Virus record (IMG/VR): IMGVR_UViG_3300032365_000087
Location: 1 to 25,851 of that record
Strand: one strand, 5' to 3'
Source of the DNA: a virus
Taxonomy: Duplodnaviria > Caudoviricetes
Length of the DNA stretch: 25,851 nucleotides
Shown: one piece after another, positions 1 through 8,707 of the stretch
Numbering within the stretch: the first letter of the stretch is position 1
Layout: the number at the start of each line of letters is the position of its first letter
Translations under genes and position numbers: made by a program
The notes under the pieces: model-generated
Database searches by the model: none
What the model saw: only the letters and a program-made list of their open reading frames with translations
What the model was told of the DNA's origin: nothing

Positions 1-420
1 TTAAGCCGGCAGTCGGTAACTTAGCACGTCTGAGACCGGGAAGCGGCTGCGGCGCACCATACGGCCCTGATTGCCGCCCAGGCAGATAATGGTGTCATCA
101 TCCACCGCACCCACATAAAAACAGACATGATGGCCGCCGGCGTCCGGGCCGGAAGACCACTGAAAGACCACGAGGCAGCCCAGCTCCGGGGAGTCGCCGA
201 TATCCTTACCCCAATCGAGAAAGGAAGCGGCGGCCGGGGATTTAGTGCCGGCATACCCGGTGGTTTCCATGCAATGGTTGGCGAAATCGGCGCACCAGGC
301 CTCCCGGTGCGGGTTGCCGTCGGTCTCCAATATCCACTTCTGGATATCCGACATATCGCCATGCTCCGAAACCCCTTCATAAGATTCGGCCTTGATGAGC
401 CAGGGGGGTTTCTCCGGCAT
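1..420 (-). CDS. TIGR02594-family CHAP/NlpC-like cell-wall peptidase (probable endolysin)
   Basis: PPWL..A N-terminus, AWCADF (Cys), HHVCFY (His) and LGGNQ motifs. Start placed at ATG 420 behind AGGAGG rather than at the ORF-track start 471. Confidence 0.8.
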   Translation of the reverse strand: MPEKPPWLIKAESYEGVSEHGDMSDIQKWILETDGNPHREAWCADFANHCMETTGYAGTKSPAAASFLDWGKDIGDSPELGCLVVFQWSSGPDAGGHHVCFYVGAVDDDTIICLGGNQGRMVRRSRFPVSDVLSYRLPA

Positions 421-435
421 TTTCCGAGCCTCCTG
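413..435. repeat. Direct repeat copy 1 (RBS + start codon context) flanking the glycosyltransferase gene
   Basis: tccggcattttccgagcctcctg matches 1197-1218 (tccggcatttccgagcctcctg) except for one T. Confidence 0.85.
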
Positions 436-439
436 TCCT

Positions 440-1204
440 TTAGAATCTGAATGGTTTAGATACCCGGCCATTCCAGTTGCGCCCCATTGTCTCTGATTTT
501 TCGCTTTCCAGGTGGATTCCCACTATCTCTGGAATATGCTGGCGCTTAAGCCTGGGCCATTGCATGGCGAAAAGCATATCGCTTCGCGCCGCATTGGTCT
601 GGCTTTCGGGATAATGAGTGACCCGGCTAATTACTGGATTCCATAATTGAAAACAGCCCAGAGGCACATAGCCATCAGCATTTAAGAGCACCAGCCTGGC
701 GCCGAGCGGGAAGGCCCGGGGTTTAACAAAAATATTGAGCTCGTGCTGGATGGAGGGGTTGCATTTAAAATCTATCCAGTCTCCGAATGATTGGCACTCC
801 ATGCGGTCAATGCCATAAATACAGGTGGGATCAAGATTCAGATTATGTAAGATTTCGCCGGTGCGCGGGGGGAGCCAGAGATCGGCATCCAGATGCAAAA
901 CCCAATCTCGCTCAGTTAAGGCAAGCTGGGAAATTCCCAGATTGATTCCCCGGGCTTTATTAAAGATATCGCCATTATGCCACCAGCCACTGGTGGGGAG
1001 GCATCTGACATGGTAATGCGCACAAATTGATTGGGTCAGTTTATCGTGGGGAGCGGTTAAAATAAGCAAGTTATCAAAATGATGTTTATTTTCAGGCAAG
1101 GTCCAGGCCAGAAAATCCCCGTAATCAACACTGACTTGGATGGCGTTGATTTTTATATTTTTCACGCCCGATGGATTTGGGGGGTCGATCCCATAATCCG
1201 GCAT
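440..1204 (-). CDS. GT-A fold glycosyltransferase-like protein
   Basis: N-terminal VSVDYGDFL..TLP, FNKARGINLG and HLDAD (DxD) motifs; visibly AT-richer than neighbours; AGGAGG RBS. Confidence 0.7.
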   Translation of the reverse strand: MPDYGIDPPNPSGVKNIKINAIQVSVDYGDFLAWTLPENKHHFDNLLILTAPHDKLTQSICAHYHVRCLPTSGWWHNGDIFNKARGINLGISQLALTERDWVLHLDADLWLPPRTGEILHNLNLDPTCIYGIDRMECQSFGDWIDFKCNPSIQHELNIFVKPRAFPLGARLVLLNADGYVPLGCFQLWNPVISRVTHYPESQTNAARSDMLFAMQWPRLKRQHIPEIVGIHLESEKSETMGRNWNGRVSKPFRF

Positions 1205-1218
1205 TTCCGAGCCTCCTG
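1197..1218. repeat. Direct repeat copy 2 flanking the glycosyltransferase gene
   Basis: Near-identical to 413-435. Confidence 0.85.
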
Positions 1219-1265
1219 GCGGCCAATGGCCGCCCTATTTCCGCCGCCGAGGGCGGCGGCGCTAC
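1218..1265 (-). repeat. Two tandem REP-like hairpins (GTAG-CGCCGCCGCCCTCGGCGGCGG and ATAG-GGCGGCCattGGCCGCC)
   Basis: Tetranucleotide foot plus GC-rich palindrome; the first recurs identically at 13283-13307 and 13994-14018. Confidence 0.85.
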
Positions 1266-2167
1266 TAATATTTGATGATATAATTGACCACCTGGAAAGG
1301 CGGGTTATTAGGCCCGGTGGGGCCGCTGGTAATGGGATCACCGGGATTGCCAATATTCCATCCTGGCAGGGTCCCCGAATTATCAGTAGTCAACAGAATT
1401 CCCTGGCCGTGTAACAGCTCCGAACCATAAATTAATCCCCCGGAGGACGTATGGGTATGGTCAATCTGGCCGCCCGTTGCTCCCAGGGTGGACCCGGTGC
1501 CGCTGGCCGCCTTGCCCAGGGGGAAGCGCTGTTGCAGGTTGGGCAGGTTAAAGGTGGTGGTGCCGTCGCCGGACCCGTAAGCGGTGCCCAGGACGGCGAA
1601 CAGGGCGGAATAGGTGGTGCGGCTCACCGCCTGCCCCTGACAGAGAATCCAGCCCAGGGGGGCGGTGGCGCCGCCATAGGGCGTTATGGCCCCCACCGGA
1701 ATCCCGCCGCCGCCGCCGGCCATGAGAAAGATGCCATCGGTAGCATCATAGAGCAGCATTACCGGCTGGTTGGCCTGGAGGGTCGCCTGGTTGATGGAGA
1801 TGGCCCCCAGGCCGTTGATGTTCAGGGTGCAGGCCCCGGTGCTGCTGACATTGGGGATGAATTTGTAAACCACCCCGGCAACATAAGTGGATATGGCCGG
1901 AGTCAGGGTGATGCTGTAATTATTCCCGGAGTTGGTGCTCACCGGGGCGCTCGGGTCCAGAGGCCGGATCGCCACCCAGGTGCTGTTGGTGGAGTCCCGC
2001 TGCTTCAGGTAGCCGGTGCCGGTGTCGGCCCAGAGCATATAGGCCTCGGGATTGGCCGGGGCGCTGCTCCCCGAATTGAGGGTGTTCAGGGTGTCCAGGG
2101 CCAGGTTGATATTGGCCCGCACCTGGGCTCCTGTGCCGTCAGGGACATTCAGAGAGTTTTGGCTCAT
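1265..2167 (-). CDS. Tail fibre / tail-collar domain protein
   Basis: Collar motif PVGAITPYGGATAPLGWILCQGQAVSRTTYSALFAVLGTAYGSGDGTTTFNLPNL and C-terminal NNPPFQVVNYIIKY. Confidence 0.9.
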   Translation of the reverse strand: MSQNSLNVPDGTGAQVRANINLALDTLNTLNSGSSAPANPEAYMLWADTGTGYLKQRDSTNSTWVAIRPLDPSAPVSTNSGNNYSITLTPAISTYVAGVVYKFIPNVSSTGACTLNINGLGAISINQATLQANQPVMLLYDATDGIFLMAGGGGGIPVGAITPYGGATAPLGWILCQGQAVSRTTYSALFAVLGTAYGSGDGTTTFNLPNLQQRFPLGKAASGTGSTLGATGGQIDHTHTSSGGLIYGSELLHGQGILLTTDNSGTLPGWNIGNPGDPITSGPTGPNNPPFQVVNYIIKY

Positions 2168-2178
2168 TTTAAAAACCT

Positions 2179-2304
2179 CTGTTTTCTGTTTTCGGTTTTC
2201 TGTTTTCTGTTTAAAAACAGTTTTCGGTTTTCTGTTTTCTGTTTACTGTTTTTCCCGCCTTGAATCCTTAACAGAAGACAGAAAACCCCTAACAGAAAAC
2301 CGCC
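2179..2304 (-). repeat. Heptamer inverted-repeat element A: GGCGG-(TTTTCTG)n-spacer-(AACAGAA)n
   Basis: 7-nt periodic arms that are reverse complements; spans from the upstream stop codon to the downstream RBS. Confidence 0.9.
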
Positions 2305-5292
2305 TCACTGTCCCACCACCCATTTGAATTCTGAAACTATTGGCGTAGTTCCGGCCTCATAAACGGTAAAGAGCAGCCAGAGGTTGATCTTCCAGGCGTA
2401 ATACTGCCCGGGCCGCAAATCCTGCCAGGCGCCCCAGGTGCTGCCGTCGGTGGAGAGCTGAATCTGCACCTTCACGTCGGAAGCACCGGCCAGATAGCCA
2501 TCCACGTCGGGGATGGAATCCCAATCGGTCCAGGAATCCACGTCGTTGGTAGGCAAAAGGCTCTCAAACTGGTAGGTGGCGGCGATAACCACCAGTTGGC
2601 AGCTCCCTAAGTGCACCAGCTTGGCGGCGGGGATGGTGTAATGCCCGGGGCCGATGCCACTGATCTCCAGGTCGCCGCCGGCGTCTTTAAAGACCCCGCC
2701 ATCCATCGTCCCCGGCCAGCCAGCGGCATATTCATCACCGGAGGCCAGAATGGTGGAAAGAACGACGGTGTTGGTCACAGAAATGGAGGCGGCGGTGCCG
2801 TAGCGGCCGTCATAATGGCTGGCCACCCAGTAAGTGCCATCGCCGTAGCAGGGGATGCCCGGGGTGAGGGTGCGGCCCACCACCTCGGCGGTGCCCCAGG
2901 CGCTGCCCTTGCGCACCTCGTAATCCATCTGGCGGTAGCTGGCCAGGGGGTCGGCGGCGTTATTCCAGGCTAAATTCATCAGGCCGCCCTGGTAGTAGGT
3001 ATAAAGCCCGGTGACCGCCGGCAGGCCGGCGTCCATCTGGAAGCCGTTCAAGGTGTAGGTGTATGGTTCTACGTCGGAGAGCTCCTGGGTGGCACCCCGC
3101 CAGAAATTGTAAGAGAGAAATTTTATATAGAGGGTCTGGCCGATTAATGCCGGGTCATACGGAATTTTAAAGATAGCCTGGTCCAGGCGGCAGACCCGGC
3201 TGTTCTCGGCATGGGCGGTGATGGTGGTCAGGTAAGCGCCCCGGCGCAGGTAGCCGCTCAGGGTGTACTGGCTGGGGCCGGTGAGGGTGGCGGTGGTGTA
3301 ACTGATGATTTCCCCGTCCACCCAGAGGGCGGTGGCCATGTTGTCGGCGTCCTGCTGGGTGCCGGAATAGAGGATGCCGTTGCTCTCCCGCAGGTCCACC
3401 AGGCAGGAATCGGTGGTGTCGGGGTCGGACCCCGCCGGGAGCTGGGCCGCCAGGACGCCCATGCGGGCCGGGTTGCCCAGCAGCCCCAGGCGCTTGTAAT
3501 TAGTGCCATCCAGGCTGGTCCAGACCTCGGCGCCCCCCCAGTTGGGGCCGCCGCAGCCGGCCACCCAGACCTCGTAACCACTGGCGGTAAGGAGCACCGG
3601 GGCCTCGAAGATAATGGGCGGGTAAATATTGCCGGGGTCCTCATTATAGTTCTTTTGCAGGCCGGCCCCGGGCTGCATGGTGTAGAGGGCCGGGGTGGCG
3701 ATGGCGTCCGGCCACTCCTCCGCCACGAAATCTATACTGCCGTCGTCGTTCTCCTGGAGGGAGACGATGCGGCACATGACCTGGTTAAGGCTCATTTTCG
3801 GGACGGTGAGGGATACCCAGTCCATCGGGTCCAGGATGATATAGCGGCCATCCAGCTTGAATTTATAGGTGTTGCGGACGTAGAGGGATTTCTGGAGCAT
3901 GGTCTGGCCGATGAACTGGGCCACCACCTGGTTGGTGATGGCGTGGCATTCCTTGTTGTCCTCAATGCGGGGACCGTAAAGGTCGATGGCGTTCTGGTCC
4001 TTCACGTCAACGAGGGCGGTGTCGTAATTGGAGGCCCGGTCAAAGATCTCCAGGCGCATCCAGTTTTTGGCGTCGGATATCGCGGTTCTGGAGGCGGTGA
4101 CCGGATCCTGGCTCTTGTCGGCGATAAAATCATCAACCCCCAGGTTGAATTTCGGGGTGAGGTCAGGGGTGAAGGTCACCGGGGAGCTGGCGGGGTTGGG
4201 CTTCCCATAGGAAATGGTGATATAGGTGCCGGCGTCCAGGGCATTGAAGGTATAGACTCCATTATTCACGGAATATTGCCCCTGGGCCGGGTTATTGGGC
4301 ACCTGAGTAAACTCGCCGCCGGGGATATACTGCTGGTTCTGCCAGTACCAGGCCAGGACGCCGTAATCCGCCGCCCAGGGGGAGATGGTGACGGTATAGG
4401 GCGCCGCCGAGGGGACATAGGTGTTATAGGCAATGTCCTCCAGGGGGAAGCCGGTGGCGGCGGTGTCGCCGTAGGGCACCACCTGGAGCTTGCCGCCGGA
4501 CCAGACCACCTCGTTATTAGTCATCTCCATGAGATACTTGATAATATCGGCCCCGGTCGTCTGGGTGGTGAACTGGGGGCTTAGCAGGATGCCATTGGCC
4601 AGGCAATAGTTACTGTATTGGGTCAAATCGCCCACCAGGCTCGCCGGCCAGGCGCAGCCGTAATTCTCATTGGTGAGGAAATCCAGGAGAATAGCGGCGG
4701 GGTTGGCGTCCACGATATTGGCGGACGGGTTGAAGGATTTAAGGCCGCACACCTCGAAGTTGAAATTGGGGATCTGGTCGCCTTCCCCCAGGTATAGGTA
4801 TTGATTCCAGACCAGGGCGAGGCCGGAATAGGCCAGGGCCTGGCCGGGATGGTTGGTGGTCAGGTAACTCCACACCGAGGCCGGCCGCCCGCCCAGGGAA
4901 TATCCTTCAAACCATTGGGAAACCGTATAGGCAGTAGAATTTACATAGATAGCGACGATGGCGTGAATCGGCCCGAGGCAGATGCCGATGATGGCCGCCA
5001 TATAATAGGTGTAGGAGGTGATTTCCATCGTGTTGCCGCCGCCCCCGCCGCCCATCAAGCCGGTCATTATCCCGCCCTTGCCGCCTGCCGCGCCGCGTTC
5101 GGAGGTGCTGTAGTTGGGATAGGAGCCGTAATCCGCGGCCCAGAGGATGTTTCCGGGAATCCGGGTCTGGCCGTAAACTAATGGGATGACCGCGCCCTGG
5201 CAGGAGCTCTGCACCGTGTAGGCCAGGATGGGCACCTTTTGCTGGGCGGGGGAGCTGGCCCGATTTTTGACCGTGCTGCCGAAGAGGCTCAT
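2305..5292 (-). CDS. Tail-tip / host-specificity protein (GTA baseplate-like, Phage-tail_3 type)
   Basis: IPLVYGQTRIPGNILW, PNFNFEV, DANPAAILLDFLTN..YG and LRRGAYLT motifs; position after DUF2163 and NlpC/P60. Start placed at ATG 5292 (MSLFG) just after the NlpC stop. Confidence 0.85.
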   Translation of the reverse strand: MSLFGSTVKNRASSPAQQKVPILAYTVQSSCQGAVIPLVYGQTRIPGNILWAADYGSYPNYSTSERGAAGGKGGIMTGLMGGGGGGNTMEITSYTYYMAAIIGICLGPIHAIVAIYVNSTAYTVSQWFEGYSLGGRPASVWSYLTTNHPGQALAYSGLALVWNQYLYLGEGDQIPNFNFEVCGLKSFNPSANIVDANPAAILLDFLTNENYGCAWPASLVGDLTQYSNYCLANGILLSPQFTTQTTGADIIKYLMEMTNNEVVWSGGKLQVVPYGDTAATGFPLEDIAYNTYVPSAAPYTVTISPWAADYGVLAWYWQNQQYIPGGEFTQVPNNPAQGQYSVNNGVYTFNALDAGTYITISYGKPNPASSPVTFTPDLTPKFNLGVDDFIADKSQDPVTASRTAISDAKNWMRLEIFDRASNYDTALVDVKDQNAIDLYGPRIEDNKECHAITNQVVAQFIGQTMLQKSLYVRNTYKFKLDGRYIILDPMDWVSLTVPKMSLNQVMCRIVSLQENDDGSIDFVAEEWPDAIATPALYTMQPGAGLQKNYNEDPGNIYPPIIFEAPVLLTASGYEVWVAGCGGPNWGGAEVWTSLDGTNYKRLGLLGNPARMGVLAAQLPAGSDPDTTDSCLVDLRESNGILYSGTQQDADNMATALWVDGEIISYTTATLTGPSQYTLSGYLRRGAYLTTITAHAENSRVCRLDQAIFKIPYDPALIGQTLYIKFLSYNFWRGATQELSDVEPYTYTLNGFQMDAGLPAVTGLYTYYQGGLMNLAWNNAADPLASYRQMDYEVRKGSAWGTAEVVGRTLTPGIPCYGDGTYWVASHYDGRYGTAASISVTNTVVLSTILASGDEYAAGWPGTMDGGVFKDAGGDLEISGIGPGHYTIPAAKLVHLGSCQLVVIAATYQFESLLPTNDVDSWTDWDSIPDVDGYLAGASDVKVQIQLSTDGSTWGAWQDLRPGQYYAWKINLWLLFTVYEAGTTPIVSEFKWVVGQ

Positions 5293-5293
5293 T

Positions 5294-5788
5294 TTAAATA
5301 CCTTCGCCGCCGGGGGCGGCGGCGCTACCCCAGGCACTAAAAAACTTGCGCTCCCGGCCGGCCAGGCGGGCGCTGCACTCCACGTTATCAATGACCACCC
5401 CCTGGCCGTTCACCGCATGGATGACTTCGGGCCAGGACAGGATGATGGCGGCGTGGCTGAAGACCCGGCCCAGTTTCCAGATAACCACGTCCCCGGGGCA
5501 GACCTGGGCTTCCGGGATCTCCCGGCCAAACGAGCTGAGATATTCCAGATACCATTCCCGGGTGCGGTGCAGGTGCCACTGATAGGAATAGTGCTCCACG
5601 GGGAATTCCGGGAGCAGGCCAGCCTCCCGGAAGACCGCGATGAGGAACATGCCGCAATCCACCCCGGCGCCTTTGACCATCGCCTCATGGTGAAAAGGGG
5701 TGCCTAGCCACTCCATCGCGGCGGCGAGCACCGCCTGGCGCTGGGCAGTGGCGGGATCGGCGGGCATAGCCCGCCCTATATGACTCAC
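5294..5788 (-). CDS. Tail-associated NlpC/P60 peptidase
   Basis: A..WLGTPFHH, GVDCG (Cys), PGDVV, SHAAI (His), IHA. Start is either GTG 5788 (overlapping the upstream TGA) or ATG 5767. Confidence 0.9.
   Translation of the reverse strand: MSHIGRAMPADPATAQRQAVLAAAMEWLGTPFHHEAMVKGAGVDCGMFLIAVFREAGLLPEFPVEHYSYQWHLHRTREWYLEYLSSFGREIPEAQVCPGDVVIWKLGRVFSHAAIILSWPEVIHAVNGQGVVIDNVECSARLAGRERKFFSAWGSAAAPGGEGI
5305..5328 (-). repeat. GTAG REP-like hairpin inside the NlpC/P60 C-terminus
   Basis: GTAGCGCCGCCGCCCCCGGCGGCG, read as GSAAAPGG. Confidence 0.8.
5759..5779 (-). repeat. ATAG REP-like hairpin at the NlpC/P60 start
   Basis: ATAG-GGCGGGC-tat-GCCCGCC; sister of 15475-15495. Confidence 0.75.
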
Positions 5789-6750
5789 GAGATCACCGTG
5801 GAGGGGGCGGGGATGAAGGGCTGGCCCCCGAAATTGCCCAGGTTGTTGAATTTGGTGGCGCAGGTCCCCAGTTGCCGGTCGCAGCCGGCCCAGGCCTGGA
5901 ACTGGTCGCCGGCGGCCGGCGGGCCGCCCACAAAGGGCACCATAGGGGTTACAATCCCCCCCTGGTAATTTTTGATGGAGCGGAGCTGCGGGGCGCAGAC
6001 CCCGGAGGTCATCTGGATGCGGCCCAGGGTAAACCAGCCGTCCGTTTGTATAAGGTTGGTGAGAAAGGCCAGGGCGGTGTTGCCGGCGCTGGCAACCACC
6101 ACGCCGCCCTGGACGAAATTATCCGGGTTCACCTGGCAGTTGGCGTCGTATAAGGCCCAGGAGCAGGCGGCCTGGTAGAGCTGCCAGGGATAATACATGT
6201 CCAGGAGCTCCAGGAAGGATTTCACGGTGATCTGGATCTTGCTGTAGCCCACCGAGGAGATATCCGCTACCCGGCCGTAAAACAGGATGACCGGGGCGAA
6301 TTGGGTGGGGTTGTCCCAGGAGGCGAAGATCAGGCGGCTCATGGTGAGGTAGGCCCCGTCCAGGGCGCCTTGAAGGAGGGCCTGGGGCAGCCCGGCGCCC
6401 CCGAAGAGGGGGGTGGTGGTATCTTCGCCCATTAGAAAGCCCGGGTCCTGGTAGGCCGGGGTGACCAGCCAGCCGCCGGCGCTGACCGCCGCGGCGGTCA
6501 TGGCCTGGCTAACGTGGCAGGTAAGGACCAGGGAGTCCACCGAGGTGCCCCGGCTCTGGCGCAGCTTGGAGCGCTCCATGTAGGGGCCGGTGGCCAGGTA
6601 CAGGTTCCCCTCGTACTCGATGGAGACATTGGCCGAGGTGAGGTAGAGATGGCTGCCGTCCACCATTGCGAAATCGAACAGGTCCGCCTGGAAGAACTGG
6701 CGGTTGGCGGTGAGAAAGGCCAGGAGGCTGGGGTCGGTGGTCTTCATCAC
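5785..6750 (-). CDS. DUF2163 / BR0599-family tail hub protein
   Basis: C.W.LYD..C and GCDR...TC..KFNNL.NFGG.PFIP Cys motifs; G.LDGA motif; synteny. Confidence 0.9.
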   Translation of the reverse strand: MMKTTDPSLLAFLTANRQFFQADLFDFAMVDGSHLYLTSANVSIEYEGNLYLATGPYMERSKLRQSRGTSVDSLVLTCHVSQAMTAAAVSAGGWLVTPAYQDPGFLMGEDTTTPLFGGAGLPQALLQGALDGAYLTMSRLIFASWDNPTQFAPVILFYGRVADISSVGYSKIQITVKSFLELLDMYYPWQLYQAACSWALYDANCQVNPDNFVQGGVVVASAGNTALAFLTNLIQTDGWFTLGRIQMTSGVCAPQLRSIKNYQGGIVTPMVPFVGGPPAAGDQFQAWAGCDRQLGTCATKFNNLGNFGGQPFIPAPSTVIS

Positions 6751-6753
6751 ACA

Positions 6754-8490
6754 TTACCCAACATTCTGGGTTATCGCGATAGCCAACCAATAGCCGGTAT
6801 ATTGGTCATACTCAAAAGTTATGCAATCGCTCTTCCCGACAGTTGGCGTTACGGTAAAGCTACCACCCGGGAACCTCACATTTGAAGGCCAACCGGATAC
6901 TGTGTATGGACCGCCTGCTCCCTGGAAGAAGCGGACTTTTATCGGCGTTACGTCTGCTGGAGACGCTGGGAAGGTGATGCTCGTCACATTTGCGTTTAGA
7001 TTTATTTTATAAAAGCTGTATCCACCAGGAAGCGTTACTGCACCGGAAGATATTGTGGGGGTGAATGGCAAATCAATTATTAGTGGCTTCACCCCCCAGT
7101 TTGTGTTCAAATACTGGCAAGCAGAGATAGTTGCCGCGTCTGGTTGAGTTGACAATGTGCCAGTAAATGAGAAGCTATTATCGGAGCATAGGATGCTCAT
7201 CTGTTGTCCATTACTATTATTGGCTTCCAACCAACCACCATAGAAGCCATCAGTTTTGGCAGCGGACTCGATAATTAATCCGTATGAAGTACAATCTTCT
7301 ATTTCAAAGCCGTAGAAATTATTCCCTTGGCCCGCCTGGATATCTACGCCTACCTGACAGAACTTAATTCTCCCACCCCAGAAATTCAGATTATTCGCAT
7401 TCAGATTGCCCCCATAGCAATAGATATAGATTCCAGCGGAAGTAGCACCAGTTATATGTCCAGGCCAGAAATCATCATAATAAGTTCCGGTGGACCCCCC
7501 CGCTATATAGCCTTGGACGTAAATACCATAAGAAGAATAATTTGTAGTTGGGGTATCCCAAGAATTGCCGCATTGAAACCCCTCAAAGGTAAATTGTGAG
7601 TGCCAAAAACGAGCACAAAATAATAAAGCGTGGGTAGGATTAGTGGCACTCTGTTTGGCTACCAACAGGCCGCCATCCCAACGGAAGTTATCCATAGAAC
7701 CGGAAGTTAAAGGATTAGTCGGACAGGCCACAATCAAGTCATTGAATCCACTCACGCTATTGGCCGTGCTGCCGTTGTGCAGGATTTTTGCCCCACGGGC
7801 ATTTACCGCCCAGTTTCCGGCGGCTATCTGGAGCCAAGAGATTGCATAGGTCTTCCCAGGCAGGAAGCGTAAGGTGAAGCCATTGCCTTCACTGGCATAT
7901 TTTGCCGCCCATACTGGAGTGGTATCATCGGCGGTTCCGTTTCCTATTGCACCCCACCACTCAGAAAAAACCTCTGTTACTGCTCCGGGACCAAAGCTTA
8001 CCGCCCCCGTGCCAGTATAGGAGAAAACCTTATACGGACCTGCCCTAAACGGGCCATTAATATACAAGTTATAGTTTCCGAGAATGAACAGTGCTCCTCG
8101 CTCGGGAACTATCTCAATATTGGCGGGGATGGTGACAGAAGCATTAAAAGTATTGGTGCCGGTGGGGATATGAAGAGTACACGGAGTCGAGCCGATGGCG
8201 GTGATGGCCGATTCCAGGGCAGTGATATATTCAACTACTGGGGCACCTATGGCTGCCGCAATAGCCGGATCACCCGTCCAGATCTGTTTGGCCAGGCGGG
8301 CGTCCACTTGGGTTAGCCCGGTATCAACCGAGGTTTTGAGGGCGGGGCCCTTGTCACCCACCGCTGACTTGAAAAGCCAGCCGTAGGGGGTCCAGGTGCC
8401 AGTCACCGGCTGGAGGAAGGCCGGTGTGGCCAGGGCCAGAAGGAAAAATGCGATAAACAGGGGGATGAGATATTTGCGAGCCCGATTCAT
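6754..8490 (-). CDS. Right-handed beta-helix (pectin-lyase-like) tailspike/depolymerase-like protein with signal-peptide-like N-terminus
   Basis: EWWGAIGNGTADDT cap motif, LRFLPGKTY, repeated N.F.G..IE strands; AT-richer; start placed at ATG 8490 behind GGAG. Confidence 0.75.
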   Translation of the reverse strand: MNRARKYLIPLFIAFFLLALATPAFLQPVTGTWTPYGWLFKSAVGDKGPALKTSVDTGLTQVDARLAKQIWTGDPAIAAAIGAPVVEYITALESAITAIGSTPCTLHIPTGTNTFNASVTIPANIEIVPERGALFILGNYNLYINGPFRAGPYKVFSYTGTGAVSFGPGAVTEVFSEWWGAIGNGTADDTTPVWAAKYASEGNGFTLRFLPGKTYAISWLQIAAGNWAVNARGAKILHNGSTANSVSGFNDLIVACPTNPLTSGSMDNFRWDGGLLVAKQSATNPTHALLFCARFWHSQFTFEGFQCGNSWDTPTTNYSSYGIYVQGYIAGGSTGTYYDDFWPGHITGATSAGIYIYCYGGNLNANNLNFWGGRIKFCQVGVDIQAGQGNNFYGFEIEDCTSYGLIIESAAKTDGFYGGWLEANNSNGQQMSILCSDNSFSFTGTLSTQPDAATISACQYLNTNWGVKPLIIDLPFTPTISSGAVTLPGGYSFYKINLNANVTSITFPASPADVTPIKVRFFQGAGGPYTVSGWPSNVRFPGGSFTVTPTVGKSDCITFEYDQYTGYWLAIAITQNVG

Positions 8491-8494
8491 GGGA

Positions 8495-8526
8495 CGCTCC
8501 CTTTCGGCGGCCATAGGCCGCCCGAC
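8495..8526 (-). repeat. REP-like hairpin plus RBS, copy 1
   Basis: GTCG-GGCGGCCtatGGCCGCC followed by GAAAGGGAGCG; 8495-8523 matches 8676-8704 at 27 of 29 positions. Confidence 0.8.
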
Positions 8527-8533
8527 GTGAACT

Positions 8534-8671
8534 TCATTTCCAAATTGTCCGCTTTCCAGTTATATCCACGAACCAGACCGCCTTGCAGCGGGAGCAACGG
8601 TACCAAGTGCTTTCGCCTATCGGCGACACCCAATGATGGCCGAGAAAATAGTAGAGGATTCGCCTTAGCAT
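8534..8671 (-). CDS. 45-aa small protein with GHHW...CSRC motif (DUF1660-like, possibly metal-binding); not in the ORF track
   Basis: Hand translation MLRRILYYFLGHHWVSPIGESTWYRCSRCKAVWFVDITGKRTIWK; AGGAG RBS; same strand as the operon. Confidence 0.65.
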   Translation of the reverse strand: MLRRILYYFLGHHWVSPIGESTWYRCSRCKAVWFVDITGKRTIWK

Positions 8672-8675
8672 CTGC

Positions 8676-8707
8676 CGCTCCTTTTCGGCGGCCACAGGCC
8701 GCCCTAT
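8676..8707 (-). repeat. REP-like hairpin plus RBS, copy 2; its ATAG foot supplies the DUF2460 stop
   Basis: ATAG-GGCGGCCtgtGGCCGCC followed by GAAAAGGAGCG. Confidence 0.8.

Noticed and set aside
2052-2327. Small ORFs rich in FSVFC or TENRK (also 12179-12547, 13791-14093, 21468-21686)
   Set aside because: Translations of the heptamer repeats, not credible genes.
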